The translations under genes and the position numbers were made by a program. The notes below the pieces were generated by a model, which made no database searches, was not told the DNA's origin, and saw only the letters and a program-made list of their open reading frames with translations. Below are positions 14,791-24,262 of a DNA stretch of 64,000 nucleotides, piece after piece. Position 1 is the first letter of the stretch. Each line of letters begins with the position of its first letter. The stretch comes from Flavobacteriaceae bacterium (GTDB taxonomy: Bacteria > Bacteroidota > Bacteroidia > Flavobacteriales > Flavobacteriaceae), in contig CBFIIP010000090.1 in assembly GCA_965662705.1 (NCBI GenBank), positions 9,163 to 73,162 on the forward strand, given 5' to 3'.

Positions 14791-17004
14791 TTGAGGTATT
14801 TATTGGGGTTGATTTTTTTTTCTTTTCTATTACTGATGGTCCCCACTTTTTTTAGCCCGCTCAGGGCTCAAGATTCAAAAAGTATTAAGGCTCGGTTTGT
14901 AGAAAATGAAATCATAGTGGATGGAATTTTGGACGACAAGGTTTGGAGTACAGCAATGGAGGGGGGAGACTTTATGCAGTTTTTTCCTACAGACTCCCTA
15001 ATGGCAAACTATCCAACCAACTTTAAAATCGTTTATACTTCGACAACCCTTTATGTAGCAATAAAAGCATTTACTGAGACCAACAAACCTGTGGTTTCCT
15101 CTTTGAAAAGAGACTTCAAAGCCTTGACCAATGACAGCGTTACTTTGCTCTTTGATACTTTTAGTGATGGTACAACTGGATTTTTTTTTGGTGTTACGCC
15201 CTATGGGGTGAGAAGAGAAGGTTTGGTTTCTGACGGGGGCGAAGTTTTTAACAATACCTGGGACATCAAATGGATAGCGGAAACCCAACAATTTGACGAT
15301 CATTTTACCGCTGAGATTGCCATCCCCTTCAGTTCTTTAAAGTTTGTAGAGGGAGCCACCCAGTGGCGTTTCAGACCATATCGCTGGAACATACAAAGCA
15401 ACGAACAAAGCTCATGGGTGCGGGTTCCACAAAACCAGAGGCTTTCAAGCTTCGCCTTTATGGGAACGCTTAATTTTGAAAAACCACTCGGAAAATCAAA
15501 AGCCCCTATCGCACTGATCCCCTATTCCAATATTTTGTGGGATAACGATTTTCAAAAAAAAGAAAATAAGGCCTCAATGCTTGTGGGTGGTGATGTAAAA
15601 CTGGCCATTGGTAATGGAATGAATTTGGACCTGACTTTAAACCCAGATTTTTCCAATGTTGAGGTTGATGATGTCTTTACCAACCTCACCCGTTTCGAAT
15701 TACAGCTTCCAGAAAAGCGACAATTTTTTATAGACAACAGCGACCTTTTCGAAAACTACGGCAACACTTTTGAGGAGGCCAAGCCCTTTTTCTCTCGTAG
15801 AATTGGTTTGGCTAAAAATAAGGCCGGTGATCTCATCCAAAACGATATTATCGGTGGGTTGCGTTTGAGTGGAAAAATTAACGAAGATTGGCGCCTTGGA
15901 TTGCTCAACATTCAGACTGCAAATGACCCCACCAATGAGATCGCCTCCAACAATAATATGATGTTAGCCTTACAAAGAAAGGTAGGAAAACGATCTAGCC
16001 TCAGTGCCTTTTGGGTCAATCGCGAATCCTTTGGGAATGAAACTTTTCTTGAGGAAAACGACAGCTACAACCGAGTTATGGGGTTGGAATACAACCTGGC
16101 ATCGGTTGACAACAAGCTGACCGGACGTTTCTATGCACACAAATCATTTCAACCCAACGACCATGAGGGGAATTTCTCTACCCAAGCCAACCTGTTTTAC
16201 AATCTGAGGGAATGGGTTTTTATCGGTGATATCACCTTTGTGGATCAAGACTTTAGAGCTGATCTTGGTTTTGTTCCAAGGACAGATATTTTTAAGACTG
16301 GTCAGGCCGTGAAGAGAATTTTTTATCCCAAAACAGGAATTTTCAATACCCATGAGTTGATGGCTGTTGTGGTCAATGTGTGGAAACCTACTTTGGACTA
16401 TCAAAAAACAGAACATTTCTACCGCTTAAGTTTAGAAACCGAGTTCAAAAACCGAGCCACCGCCTTTGCCTATCTGATCAACAACCACGTTTATCTCAAT
16501 GCCCCTTTTAATCCTTCGGGAAAAAGTGATGCTGAACCGTTAGCCAAAGGACAAGAATTCTATTTCACCTCCTTAAAACTCAATTTCCAATCCAACAGGG
16601 CGCAATTGTTTACCTACGATTTTGATTCGACTTTGGGACAGTTCTACAATGGAAGTATCAGATCTTTTGGTGCTACAGTGCAATACAGGGTTCAACCTTG
16701 GGTGAATTTTGGACTCTCATTAAAATACGACGGCTTGCGTTTACCCAAGCCTTATTCAGATGCAGATATTATGTTGATGACCTTAAAAACAGAGGCTACC
16801 TTCAGCAAAAAACTTTTTTGGAACACTTTGATCCAATTCAGCAACCAGCGGGATAACCTTGGGATCAACTCCAGACTGCAGTGGCGTTTCGCCCCCTTAT
16901 CTGATCTTTACTTGGTGTATAACGACAATTATTTTATCCAAAACGATCTGAGGCCCAAATTCAGATCCATTAACCTAAAACTTACCTATTGGTTCAATTG
17001 GTAG
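14791..17004 (+). CDS. CBM9-like / DUF5916 domain-containing envelope protein
   Basis: Signal peptide that only exists if the TTG at 14791 is used. The N-terminus IKARFVENEIIVDGILDDKVWSTA is typical of carbohydrate-binding family 9-like modules. A long DUF5916-like beta-rich C-terminus ends in YWFNW. Confidence 0.7.
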   Translation: MRYLLGLIFFSFLLLMVPTFFSPLRAQDSKSIKARFVENEIIVDGILDDKVWSTAMEGGDFMQFFPTDSLMANYPTNFKIVYTSTTLYVAIKAFTETNKPVVSSLKRDFKALTNDSVTLLFDTFSDGTTGFFFGVTPYGVRREGLVSDGGEVFNNTWDIKWIAETQQFDDHFTAEIAIPFSSLKFVEGATQWRFRPYRWNIQSNEQSSWVRVPQNQRLSSFAFMGTLNFEKPLGKSKAPIALIPYSNILWDNDFQKKENKASMLVGGDVKLAIGNGMNLDLTLNPDFSNVEVDDVFTNLTRFELQLPEKRQFFIDNSDLFENYGNTFEEAKPFFSRRIGLAKNKAGDLIQNDIIGGLRLSGKINEDWRLGLLNIQTANDPTNEIASNNNMMLALQRKVGKRSSLSAFWVNRESFGNETFLEENDSYNRVMGLEYNLASVDNKLTGRFYAHKSFQPNDHEGNFSTQANLFYNLREWVFIGDITFVDQDFRADLGFVPRTDIFKTGQAVKRIFYPKTGIFNTHELMAVVVNVWKPTLDYQKTEHFYRLSLETEFKNRATAFAYLINNHVYLNAPFNPSGKSDAEPLAKGQEFYFTSLKLNFQSNRAQLFTYDFDSTLGQFYNGSIRSFGATVQYRVQPWVNFGLSLKYDGLRLPKPYSDADIMLMTLKTEATFSKKLFWNTLIQFSNQRDNLGINSRLQWRFAPLSDLYLVYNDNYFIQNDLRPKFRSINLKLTYWFNW

Positions 17005-17008
17005 GGCA

Positions 17009-18580
17009 TCATTTTCCGGCAAAAATGTCCAAAGGCTCCCATTTTTTGGTGGAAAAATGAGTAGGATGGTTTTGCTGAGGGACTCCCACTGTCGTTCTTC
17101 CTTTTTCAATGGCTGTTTTGAACAGCGCAACCAACTCCTGCTCAATTTTTGGTTTTTGACCATAAAGGTTAACCGTTTCTTTGGGATCGTCTTTCAGGTT
17201 ATAAAGCTGAAATTTAGGCAAGCCTTGGGTATCTTTTTTTGAAGGTCGCGGGGAACTCCAGCCTCCAGAACCGGGACAAAAAATAAATTTATAATCGCCT
17301 TTTCTGATGGCAAAACTACCATTGATGGAATGATGGATCGTAAAGGTTCTTAGGTAGTCTCCTTCAGTGACTTTAGAAAATAGGGGGAGCAGGGAAAAAC
17401 TGTCTTCTCCTGAACTGTCTGCAAGGGGTTTTCCCAACAGATCGGCACAAGTAGCCAGTAAATCGGTTGTACAAATGGTTCGTTGATTGATAGCACCGCC
17501 CTTAATTTTGTTTGGCCATTTGACAATAAAAGGAACTCGGTGCCCGCCTTCAAATATGTCGGCTTTGTGTCCTCTAAAAACACCGCTGGGATCATGTCCC
17601 TTTGCGGCCAATACATTAAATTTTGCTTGGGGAGAGCATCCGTTGTCACTCGTAAAAATCACCATCGTATTTTCCGAAATTCCCAATTGCTCCAGCAGTT
17701 GATTCAGCTTTCCAACCCTATGGTTGATTTGCATTACAAAATCAGCATAGGGATTCAAACCACTTTTCCCTCTCCATTCGTCGGTGGGTAAGATGGGGGT
17801 GTGAGGAGAGGGCAATGGTAGATAAAGGAAAAAAGGTTTTTGCTTTTTATTCATCTCAGAAATATAGGTCTCAGCTTTGTCAAACAAATGAGGAGTGACT
17901 TGTTCGTGGTCGAAATCTCGGGCCGTAGGACCCTCTCTCCACCAGTGATAATCTCCTTTTCTCACGGTAACGGCATCAACCAAAGCAGTGATCCGCTCAT
18001 TTTCTACATAAACATAGGGAGGCATGTCCAATGAGCCACAATGACCATAGGCATAATCAAAACCCAAATCATTGGGACTTTGGGTGACGTTTCTAGTGAA
18101 ATCAATTTTTTCAAAAATTTCATGATCCTTGATAGGAGTATTTTGAGATATGCTGTCTTTTAAGGCCCAATTCCAGCCCAAATGCCATTTGCCGATGAAG
18201 GCAGTTTGATAGCCGTTGGATTTTAAAAAAGAGGCCACCGTCACTCTGTCCTTTGGGATTAGCGCTTTTGAGGTACCACTCAAAACCCCTTTTTTCAAAG
18301 GGCTTCTCCAATTGTACCGGCCCGTCAAAATACCATATCGGGTAGGGGTACACACCGATGAGGAGTTATGGGCATCTGTGAAGATCATTCCCTGTTTTGC
18401 CATTTGATCCAAATGGGGCGTTTTGATTTTTCCCTCCGGGTTAAAAGCACCCAAATCACCATAGCCAAGGTCGTCGGCTAAAATATAAACGATGTTAGGG
18501 GGAGCAGTCTTATCTTCTCGACGACAAGATAAAACAACAATATTTATGAAAATAAGTGCGCAGAAGATCAGATTTTTCAT
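17009..18580 (-). CDS. arylsulfatase-type sulfatase (formylglycine-dependent)
   Basis: Start trimmed to the ATG at 18580 (MKNLIFCALIFINIVVLSC, lipoprotein-like). Metal-site NIVYILADDLGYGDLG. Canonical FGly motif CTPTRYGILTGR. Confidence 0.85.
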   Translation of the reverse strand: MKNLIFCALIFINIVVLSCRREDKTAPPNIVYILADDLGYGDLGAFNPEGKIKTPHLDQMAKQGMIFTDAHNSSSVCTPTRYGILTGRYNWRSPLKKGVLSGTSKALIPKDRVTVASFLKSNGYQTAFIGKWHLGWNWALKDSISQNTPIKDHEIFEKIDFTRNVTQSPNDLGFDYAYGHCGSLDMPPYVYVENERITALVDAVTVRKGDYHWWREGPTARDFDHEQVTPHLFDKAETYISEMNKKQKPFFLYLPLPSPHTPILPTDEWRGKSGLNPYADFVMQINHRVGKLNQLLEQLGISENTMVIFTSDNGCSPQAKFNVLAAKGHDPSGVFRGHKADIFEGGHRVPFIVKWPNKIKGGAINQRTICTTDLLATCADLLGKPLADSSGEDSFSLLPLFSKVTEGDYLRTFTIHHSINGSFAIRKGDYKFIFCPGSGGWSSPRPSKKDTQGLPKFQLYNLKDDPKETVNLYGQKPKIEQELVALFKTAIEKGRTTVGVPQQNHPTHFSTKKWEPLDIFAGK

Positions 18581-18619
18581 GTGGTAATTGACTAATTTTA
18601 ATTCAATAAAATTATACTT

Positions 18620-18859
18620 ATGGAGGGAAAATGGAAACAAAGCAATGGTAAATTAATCAAAACCTTTGAATTTAAAAACTTTAAAGATGCATTGGCGTTT
18701 ATCAATACAATAGGGGAGATCGCGGAATCAATGAATCACCATCCCAAAATCATTAATGTTTACTCTCGGGTCAGCTTGGAACTTTGGACGCACGACCAAA
18801 ATGACATTACCGAGTTGGATTTTCAACTTGCAGATGCTATCGACCAAAAAATCCAGTAA
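18620..18859 (+). CDS. 4a-hydroxytetrahydrobiopterin (pterin-4a-carbinolamine) dehydratase
   Basis: 79 aa with the PCD/DCoH signature (FKNFKDALAFINTIGEIAESMNHHPKI...LWTHD). Confidence 0.8.
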   Translation: MEGKWKQSNGKLIKTFEFKNFKDALAFINTIGEIAESMNHHPKIINVYSRVSLELWTHDQNDITELDFQLADAIDQKIQ

Positions 18860-18890
18860 GGCCAAAAAACGCTCATTTTTGGTAATTTTC
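18860..18890 (+). terminator. AT-rich hairpin terminator candidate
   Basis: CCAAAAA-ACGCTCA-TTTTTGG followed by TAATTTT, immediately after the stop at 18859. An outer GGCCAAAA/TTTTGGCC pairing (to about 18915) is also possible. Confidence 0.4.
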
Positions 18891-19027
18891 ACTTGTTTTT
18901 GACTCATTTTGGCCTATTTTCTTCTAAAAAACATCATTTTTTCATAAAAAGATGAATTTTTAAATTTTGTAAAAAATCCTTTATTAGCTTTTTGTGAAAT
19001 TATAATTATCTTCAACGATATTACAAA

Positions 19028-19765
19028 ATGAAAAAAACATTCCATTTATTAGCATTGCTGCTGTCCATCCATCTTTTTGGACAAGAAGAAGTTTATGAAA
19101 TCAGAACCTACGAACTTTTCCAATATTCCAATTTTAAAAATTTCAACACCTATTTCAAAGATTACTTTATCCCCGAAATGAATCAACATGGAATCAGGGA
19201 CATAGGGGTTTTTGAGGAGGTTTCTGAAGATCTACCCAGAAAAATTCACGTATTCATTCCCTTTGCAAACATGGAGACTTATCAAAAGGCTCGTGTTCAC
19301 ATGGCCAGTAATTCAAAACTCCAAAAAGCTTCTTCAGTGCTAAGCCTGCAAAACAAACCCATCTTCAACCGATACGAAACTTCACTTTACATGGCTTTTG
19401 ACGGTATGCCCAAAATGGTCAAACCGGATGATAAAAATCGTTTTTTCGAGTTGCGTACCTACGAAAGTCATTCCGAGGATGCTTACCGAAGAAAAGTAAA
19501 TATGTTCAATGAAGGTGAGCTGGAGTTGTTCAATCAGCTGGATTTTGGATCGGTGTTTTTTGGAGACAAAATTGCTGGAGGTCGTATGCCTTGTTTGACC
19601 TATATGCTGGCTTTTGAAAGCTTGGAAGAAAGAAATGAAAACTGGGGTCAGTTTTCTGATCATCCCATCTGGACGAAGTTGAAAAGCGACCCTGCCTATA
19701 AAGACAGTTGTTGCTCTTCTATTACCCGTACTTTTCTAATCCCAATGCCCTACTCTCAACTTTAA
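19028..19765 (+). CDS. secreted NIPSNAP family protein (two NIPSNAP repeats)
   Basis: Signal peptide MKKTFHLLALLLSIHLFGQ. Repeated YEIRTYEL / FELRTYES motifs that open each NIPSNAP half. Confidence 0.7.
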   Translation: MKKTFHLLALLLSIHLFGQEEVYEIRTYELFQYSNFKNFNTYFKDYFIPEMNQHGIRDIGVFEEVSEDLPRKIHVFIPFANMETYQKARVHMASNSKLQKASSVLSLQNKPIFNRYETSLYMAFDGMPKMVKPDDKNRFFELRTYESHSEDAYRRKVNMFNEGELELFNQLDFGSVFFGDKIAGGRMPCLTYMLAFESLEERNENWGQFSDHPIWTKLKSDPAYKDSCCSSITRTFLIPMPYSQL

Positions 19766-19768
19766 ATT

Positions 19769-21616
19769 ATGCGTGGATTTTCTTTACTTGGATTTATATG
19801 GCTTTTTTGGGCCTGCACCCCTGCGGAACAATCACAACCCAATATTGTATGGTTGACAACAGAGGACAATTCTCCTCACCATATGAAGCTCTACAACGGC
19901 AAGGGTGCTAGCATGCCTGCCATTGAGGCATTGGCACAAAACGGTGTAGTTTATGACCATGCCTTTTCCAACGCCCCAGTTTGCTCTGTAGCCAGGAGTA
20001 CCCTCATTACGGGATGTTATGCCCCAAGAGTTTTTATGCAATTTCACCGAAAGGCTGAAAGGGTTCCTTTGCCTGATGGGGTGATGCCCTTTCCTTTTTA
20101 TCTGCGTCAAGCAGGCTACTACACCACCAACAGTCATAAGCAGGATTATAATTTTATACTCCCCGAAGGCGTTTGGGACGAGTCTTCTCAAAAAGCCTCT
20201 TATAAAAATAGGCAACCTGGTCAACCCTTTTTTCATGTTCAAAACCATACGGTGACCCACGAAGGGAATTTACATTTTGATCAGCAAGCCATAGATACAG
20301 CCTCCGATGATAAATTGGACCATATCAATGTTTTTCCTTATCATCCCAATACCAAAACTTTTCGGTTTTCTTATCAGCATTTTCAAAACAGGCACAACCT
20401 TGCTGACCAACAAATGGCGAAGTTCATCGATGGTTTGGAAAAAGAAGGACTGATGGACGATACCATCATATTTTATTTTGGCGACCATGGCGGAGTCCTG
20501 CCCAGAAGCAAAGGGTATGCTTATGAGAGTGGATTACAAGTTCCTTTGGTCATTTATATTCCCGAAAAATGGAAGCATTTGTTTGATCAAGGCAGGGGAA
20601 CAAGGTCTAAAACGTTTGTCGAGTTTGCGGACTTTGCCCCTACTGTTCTTTCTTTGGCTGGCATTACTCCTCCCAAACCTATTGATGGTAAAGCCGTACT
20701 CGGAAAATTTGCAGACTCGCAAACTTTAAAAAATAAAAATACCGCTTTTGGTCATGCAGATCGGTTTGATGAAAAATACGATTTGGTTAGAACCCTAAGG
20801 GTCGGTAAGTACAAATACATGAGGAATTACCAACCTTTTAATACAGACGGGCTTTTCAATTATTACCGTTATAAAATGCTTGCTTATCAGGAGTGGAAGT
20901 CGCTTTACGATAAAGGAAAGCTCAGCCAAGCCCAGTCCCAATTTTTTGAAATGAGAAGCCCTGAAGCACTCTATGATTTGGAAAATGACCCCGATGAGGT
21001 CATTGACCTATCTAAAAGCAAGGAGCACCAAGAAATCCTTTCTCAAATGAGAAGTCAACTGCGAGAAAAGTTAGCTGGACTCCCCGATTTGAGTTTTTAC
21101 CCTGAACCTTTTTTATTGGAAAATGTACTGGAAAATCCGGTAGCTTTTGGACAAAGTCACCTAGACGAAATCAAGGCATTGATGGATATTGCAGACCTGA
21201 ATTTAAAAACTTTCGACCAAGCCGAGGAGCAAATCCGATCTGCATTAACGGACACCAACCCCTGGAAGCGTTATTGGGCATTGGTGGTTTGTTCCACTTT
21301 TGGCGCTAAAGCCAATGCGTTTGTCCCGTTGATTCAATCCGTTTTTAATGATGATACTGAAAATTTGGTCAGGATCAGAGCATGGGAGTATCTTGCATTG
21401 CACACGGACATTTTGGATAACGATACCATCGTAGCGATACTAAAAAACGCTCGGTCGGAGACCGAAGCCAATCTCATGCTCAACAGCTTGGCCTTGATCA
21501 AGCACTTTAAGCCCCAAACAAAGTTTGATTTTACAAAGGAAATTTTTTCACCCGAATGGTATGACCAACCGAATGACCTGGTCAACCGAAGGATGGATTA
21601 TTTGATGGAACACTGA
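19769..21616 (+). CDS. sulfatase-family lipoprotein with non-canonical nucleophile motif and C-terminal HEAT-like repeats
   Basis: Lipobox (LFWAC). Sulfatase N-domain (NIVWLTTEDNSP ... APVCSVARSTLITGCY ... FYFGDHGG). The last ~150 aa look like HEAT/PBS-lyase repeats (NPWKRYWALVVCSTFG..., VRIRAWEYLAL). It starts 3 nt after the NIPSNAP stop. Confidence 0.75.
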   Translation: MRGFSLLGFIWLFWACTPAEQSQPNIVWLTTEDNSPHHMKLYNGKGASMPAIEALAQNGVVYDHAFSNAPVCSVARSTLITGCYAPRVFMQFHRKAERVPLPDGVMPFPFYLRQAGYYTTNSHKQDYNFILPEGVWDESSQKASYKNRQPGQPFFHVQNHTVTHEGNLHFDQQAIDTASDDKLDHINVFPYHPNTKTFRFSYQHFQNRHNLADQQMAKFIDGLEKEGLMDDTIIFYFGDHGGVLPRSKGYAYESGLQVPLVIYIPEKWKHLFDQGRGTRSKTFVEFADFAPTVLSLAGITPPKPIDGKAVLGKFADSQTLKNKNTAFGHADRFDEKYDLVRTLRVGKYKYMRNYQPFNTDGLFNYYRYKMLAYQEWKSLYDKGKLSQAQSQFFEMRSPEALYDLENDPDEVIDLSKSKEHQEILSQMRSQLREKLAGLPDLSFYPEPFLLENVLENPVAFGQSHLDEIKALMDIADLNLKTFDQAEEQIRSALTDTNPWKRYWALVVCSTFGAKANAFVPLIQSVFNDDTENLVRIRAWEYLALHTDILDNDTIVAILKNARSETEANLMLNSLALIKHFKPQTKFDFTKEIFSPEWYDQPNDLVNRRMDYLMEH

Positions 21617-21617
21617 T

Positions 21618-21809
21618 ATGACAAAAGATTCTAGCGAGGAACAAATTCCAAGACTTTATAGAAAAGCTAAAGGACAGATTGTAGTTGAAGGCAAAGTCAA
21701 TCTTACCGACATGGATGGAAATCCGGTCAAACACGGGAACAGGTTTACCCTTTGTGGATGTACCAAGTCCAAAGACATGCCGTTTTGCGACGGTTCTCAT
21801 AAGTTCTAA
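21618..21809 (+). CDS. CDGSH iron-sulfur domain protein
   Basis: 63 aa ending in CGCTKSKDMPFCDGSHKF (CxCx2[ST]x3PxCDG[SAT]H signature). The ATG lies 1 nt after the sulfatase TGA. Confidence 0.8.
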   Translation: MTKDSSEEQIPRLYRKAKGQIVVEGKVNLTDMDGNPVKHGNRFTLCGCTKSKDMPFCDGSHKF

Positions 21810-24262
21810 AACTCCCGTTTGCCAAATTCGCTGTCGATGAACTTGGCCGTATTTTTTCGATTGTTAAAATTATAGTTCAAATTGAGTAGAACCATATCTA
21901 CCTCATAAACATAATTGGTCGTGGTAAAAAACTCTCCTTCCCTTCGGGTGGTGATCCTTTGTTCATTGGAATTCATCAACCCCATATCGATGTTTTTCCA
22001 TTGAAGTGTAGCAGTCAGTTGGTTATTCCAAAAACGCTTGGTCAGGGTCAGATTAGGGGAATAGAATCTAGAGTCCTCACCTTGGGCGGTAACCCTTTTG
22101 GAAATATAATTGAAGTTAAACTGTGCAAAAGCTGTGTCGGAAAACCGATAGGAGCTATTGATGTTATAGCTGTAAACATAGGCTTCAGTATTGACGGGTA
22201 AATTGTCAAATGAACCATCGATTTCGTAGTAATAAATGTTAGCCGAAGCAAGGACTTTTAATCTTTTTGCAAGCTCAAATTCACTCCCTAAATCTCTACC
22301 CACAACTATTGCTTTTCCTACGTTAGAATAGATTCGGTTCAGAATGGTATCATTGTAAACGTTGTTGACCCGATTGATTAAATGATCAACATTTCGAAAA
22401 TAACTGGTTGAAAAAAAACGAATCCCTTTGCTACTTTTGTAACTGACTCCCAGTTCCACCTGATCGATCAACTCCGGATGCAAATTGGGATCCCCTTGCT
22501 CTAAGGTCTCAGAGTGTTCACGTTCCGGAAAAGGGTTCATTTTAAATGTGGTCGTACGCTCGATTCGTTTGCTGTAGGCCAATTGAAAGGTCACCTTATC
22601 TTTCCACAGGTATTGAACGCTTGCCGAAGGGAAAAGCTTGGTAAAGTCCAATGAATAATCTTGATTGAACCCTCCATTTTTACTTTTTAAAGACAAGTCC
22701 CTTTGCATATTTTCCATCCTTAAGCCGGCCGAAAATTCCCAGTTCTTATAGGCTCCATTGTATTGAAAGTAGGCCGCATGAATGGATCTTTTCAGGCCGA
22801 CCTCACTTGAAAACTCAGGAACCAATTCAAAAACTTGTGTTTCATTATTTTTCCGCTCGTAGAAGAAATCGCCACGGTGATCCAAATTTCTATATTGATA
22901 CCCCATTTTCAGCGTACCAATACTCAACGGTTGGAAGGCGTAATCCAAGTTAAAACGCAAACCATAAAGCGGGTTGTCGTTGGTATTGTATTCATCCTGA
23001 TATACAAAAGAGTTATCGGGATGACCCAAGTTCCTATTGGTCGTTGGCCCCCCGAGTAGTGTGTATTCATAAAGAAAGGAGGTGTGGAGTTGGGCTGCAT
23101 TTGTAAAATCATGATCGTAATCCAAACTTCCCAAAATGAAGTCACTTTTTCTCACCCTCAAGTTTTCATTGTAGTACTGGAAACGATAGTCAATCTTGTC
23201 GGTGATGGCATGATTCGCATAATAGAGGATATCGGCGGTTCTTTCTTTGGTTCTTTTTCCGGCAAACAGTCCAAGGGAAAATTGATCATTATCAGAAAGG
23301 CTATAGTCTGCCGTCAAACGACCGGAGAAATTAATCTCATCAAAGCTACGCTCACCATCGGATGGAAATCGGGTGTATTTGTCTCCGATAAGGGTGTAAG
23401 CGTCTCCCTCTCTTCGCCCTGAAATATCGTTTCTTTGAAAGCTCAACCCAGAAGAAATGTTCCATTTTTCCCTTACAGTATTGTATATGATATCTGCACC
23501 GTAGCGTTGGGAGAGCATTACATTTTTGTAATTTTCTATAGAGGGGGCTCCCAATAGGGTGTTGAATTGAAAATAGTCTCCTTGCAAAACATTTTTCAGG
23601 GTGAGTATATTGATGATTCCTGCCTTGCCTTCGGCATCGTATTGCGCGGAGGGTGCGGTGATGATCTCTATGTTTTTGATGCTGTTGGCGGGGATTTGGC
23701 TCAACAGTTGCTGTATATCGGATTGTACGGGTTTGTTGTTTAACAGCACCACAAAGCCAGTACTTCCTCTGACGCTGATTTCCCCCAGACCGTTGACGGT
23801 TAACGATGGAAGGTTGCGAATGATATCCATTCCAGTTCCTCCTCTTGCCGTTGAGAATTCACCAGCAGCATAGACCTTTCGGTCTATTTTATTTTGAAAT
23901 GAATTGGTTTCAGCATCCAATACAATCTCATCCAGAAAATTTTGACCGGGCAGTAGGAATATCCTTCCAAGGTCTAGGGGGCTATTCGTTTTAATTTTTA
24001 AATCACTCGCAATAAAAGGTTCATACCCTAGGAAGGAAACTTTTATGGAAAATGTTCCCGAGTTGGACACCGGCATAAGAAAACTTCCATTCGGTGCTGA
24101 GACGGTTCCCTCTAATATTTGTTCCTCCTGCTCCAGGATAATAGTGGCATACTCAATGGGTAAGTTGGTTTTTTGATCAATAACCGTCCCTTTGATTTGA
24201 CCCTGAAGAAAAGCAGTGGCCAATACCAAAAAAAAAGAAGCGGACTTAAAGATTTGATACAT
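21806..24262 (-). CDS. TonB-dependent receptor with CarboxypepD_reg N-domain
   Basis: Start trimmed from 24415 to the ATG at 24262 (MYQIFKSASFFLVLATAFLQGQ signal peptide). Carboxypeptidase-regulatory-like segment, plug (LPSLTVNGLGEISVRGSTG), beta-barrel, C-terminal F. Confidence 0.85.
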   Translation of the reverse strand: MYQIFKSASFFLVLATAFLQGQIKGTVIDQKTNLPIEYATIILEQEEQILEGTVSAPNGSFLMPVSNSGTFSIKVSFLGYEPFIASDLKIKTNSPLDLGRIFLLPGQNFLDEIVLDAETNSFQNKIDRKVYAAGEFSTARGGTGMDIIRNLPSLTVNGLGEISVRGSTGFVVLLNNKPVQSDIQQLLSQIPANSIKNIEIITAPSAQYDAEGKAGIINILTLKNVLQGDYFQFNTLLGAPSIENYKNVMLSQRYGADIIYNTVREKWNISSGLSFQRNDISGRREGDAYTLIGDKYTRFPSDGERSFDEINFSGRLTADYSLSDNDQFSLGLFAGKRTKERTADILYYANHAITDKIDYRFQYYNENLRVRKSDFILGSLDYDHDFTNAAQLHTSFLYEYTLLGGPTTNRNLGHPDNSFVYQDEYNTNDNPLYGLRFNLDYAFQPLSIGTLKMGYQYRNLDHRGDFFYERKNNETQVFELVPEFSSEVGLKRSIHAAYFQYNGAYKNWEFSAGLRMENMQRDLSLKSKNGGFNQDYSLDFTKLFPSASVQYLWKDKVTFQLAYSKRIERTTTFKMNPFPEREHSETLEQGDPNLHPELIDQVELGVSYKSSKGIRFFSTSYFRNVDHLINRVNNVYNDTILNRIYSNVGKAIVVGRDLGSEFELAKRLKVLASANIYYYEIDGSFDNLPVNTEAYVYSYNINSSYRFSDTAFAQFNFNYISKRVTAQGEDSRFYSPNLTLTKRFWNNQLTATLQWKNIDMGLMNSNEQRITTRREGEFFTTTNYVYEVDMVLLNLNYNFNNRKNTAKFIDSEFGKREF

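Noticed and set aside
18581-18619. Only 39 bp separate the divergent starts of the sulfatase (18580) and the pterin dehydratase (18620), which could suggest a mis-set start.
   Set aside because: Both N-termini look right (a lipoprotein-type signal peptide and a typical PCD N-terminus), so the promoters presumably extend into the coding regions. Nothing further can be concluded.
24246-24262. Both TonB-dependent receptor genes overlap their upstream neighbour by exactly 17 nt (24246..24262 with rimK; 55208..55224 with recO).
   Set aside because: The overlapping sequences are unrelated (ATGTATCAAATCTTTAA versus ATGAAATCTTCCGTTAA apart from generic AT-richness). This is most likely coincidence and is noted only as evidence of co-transcription.
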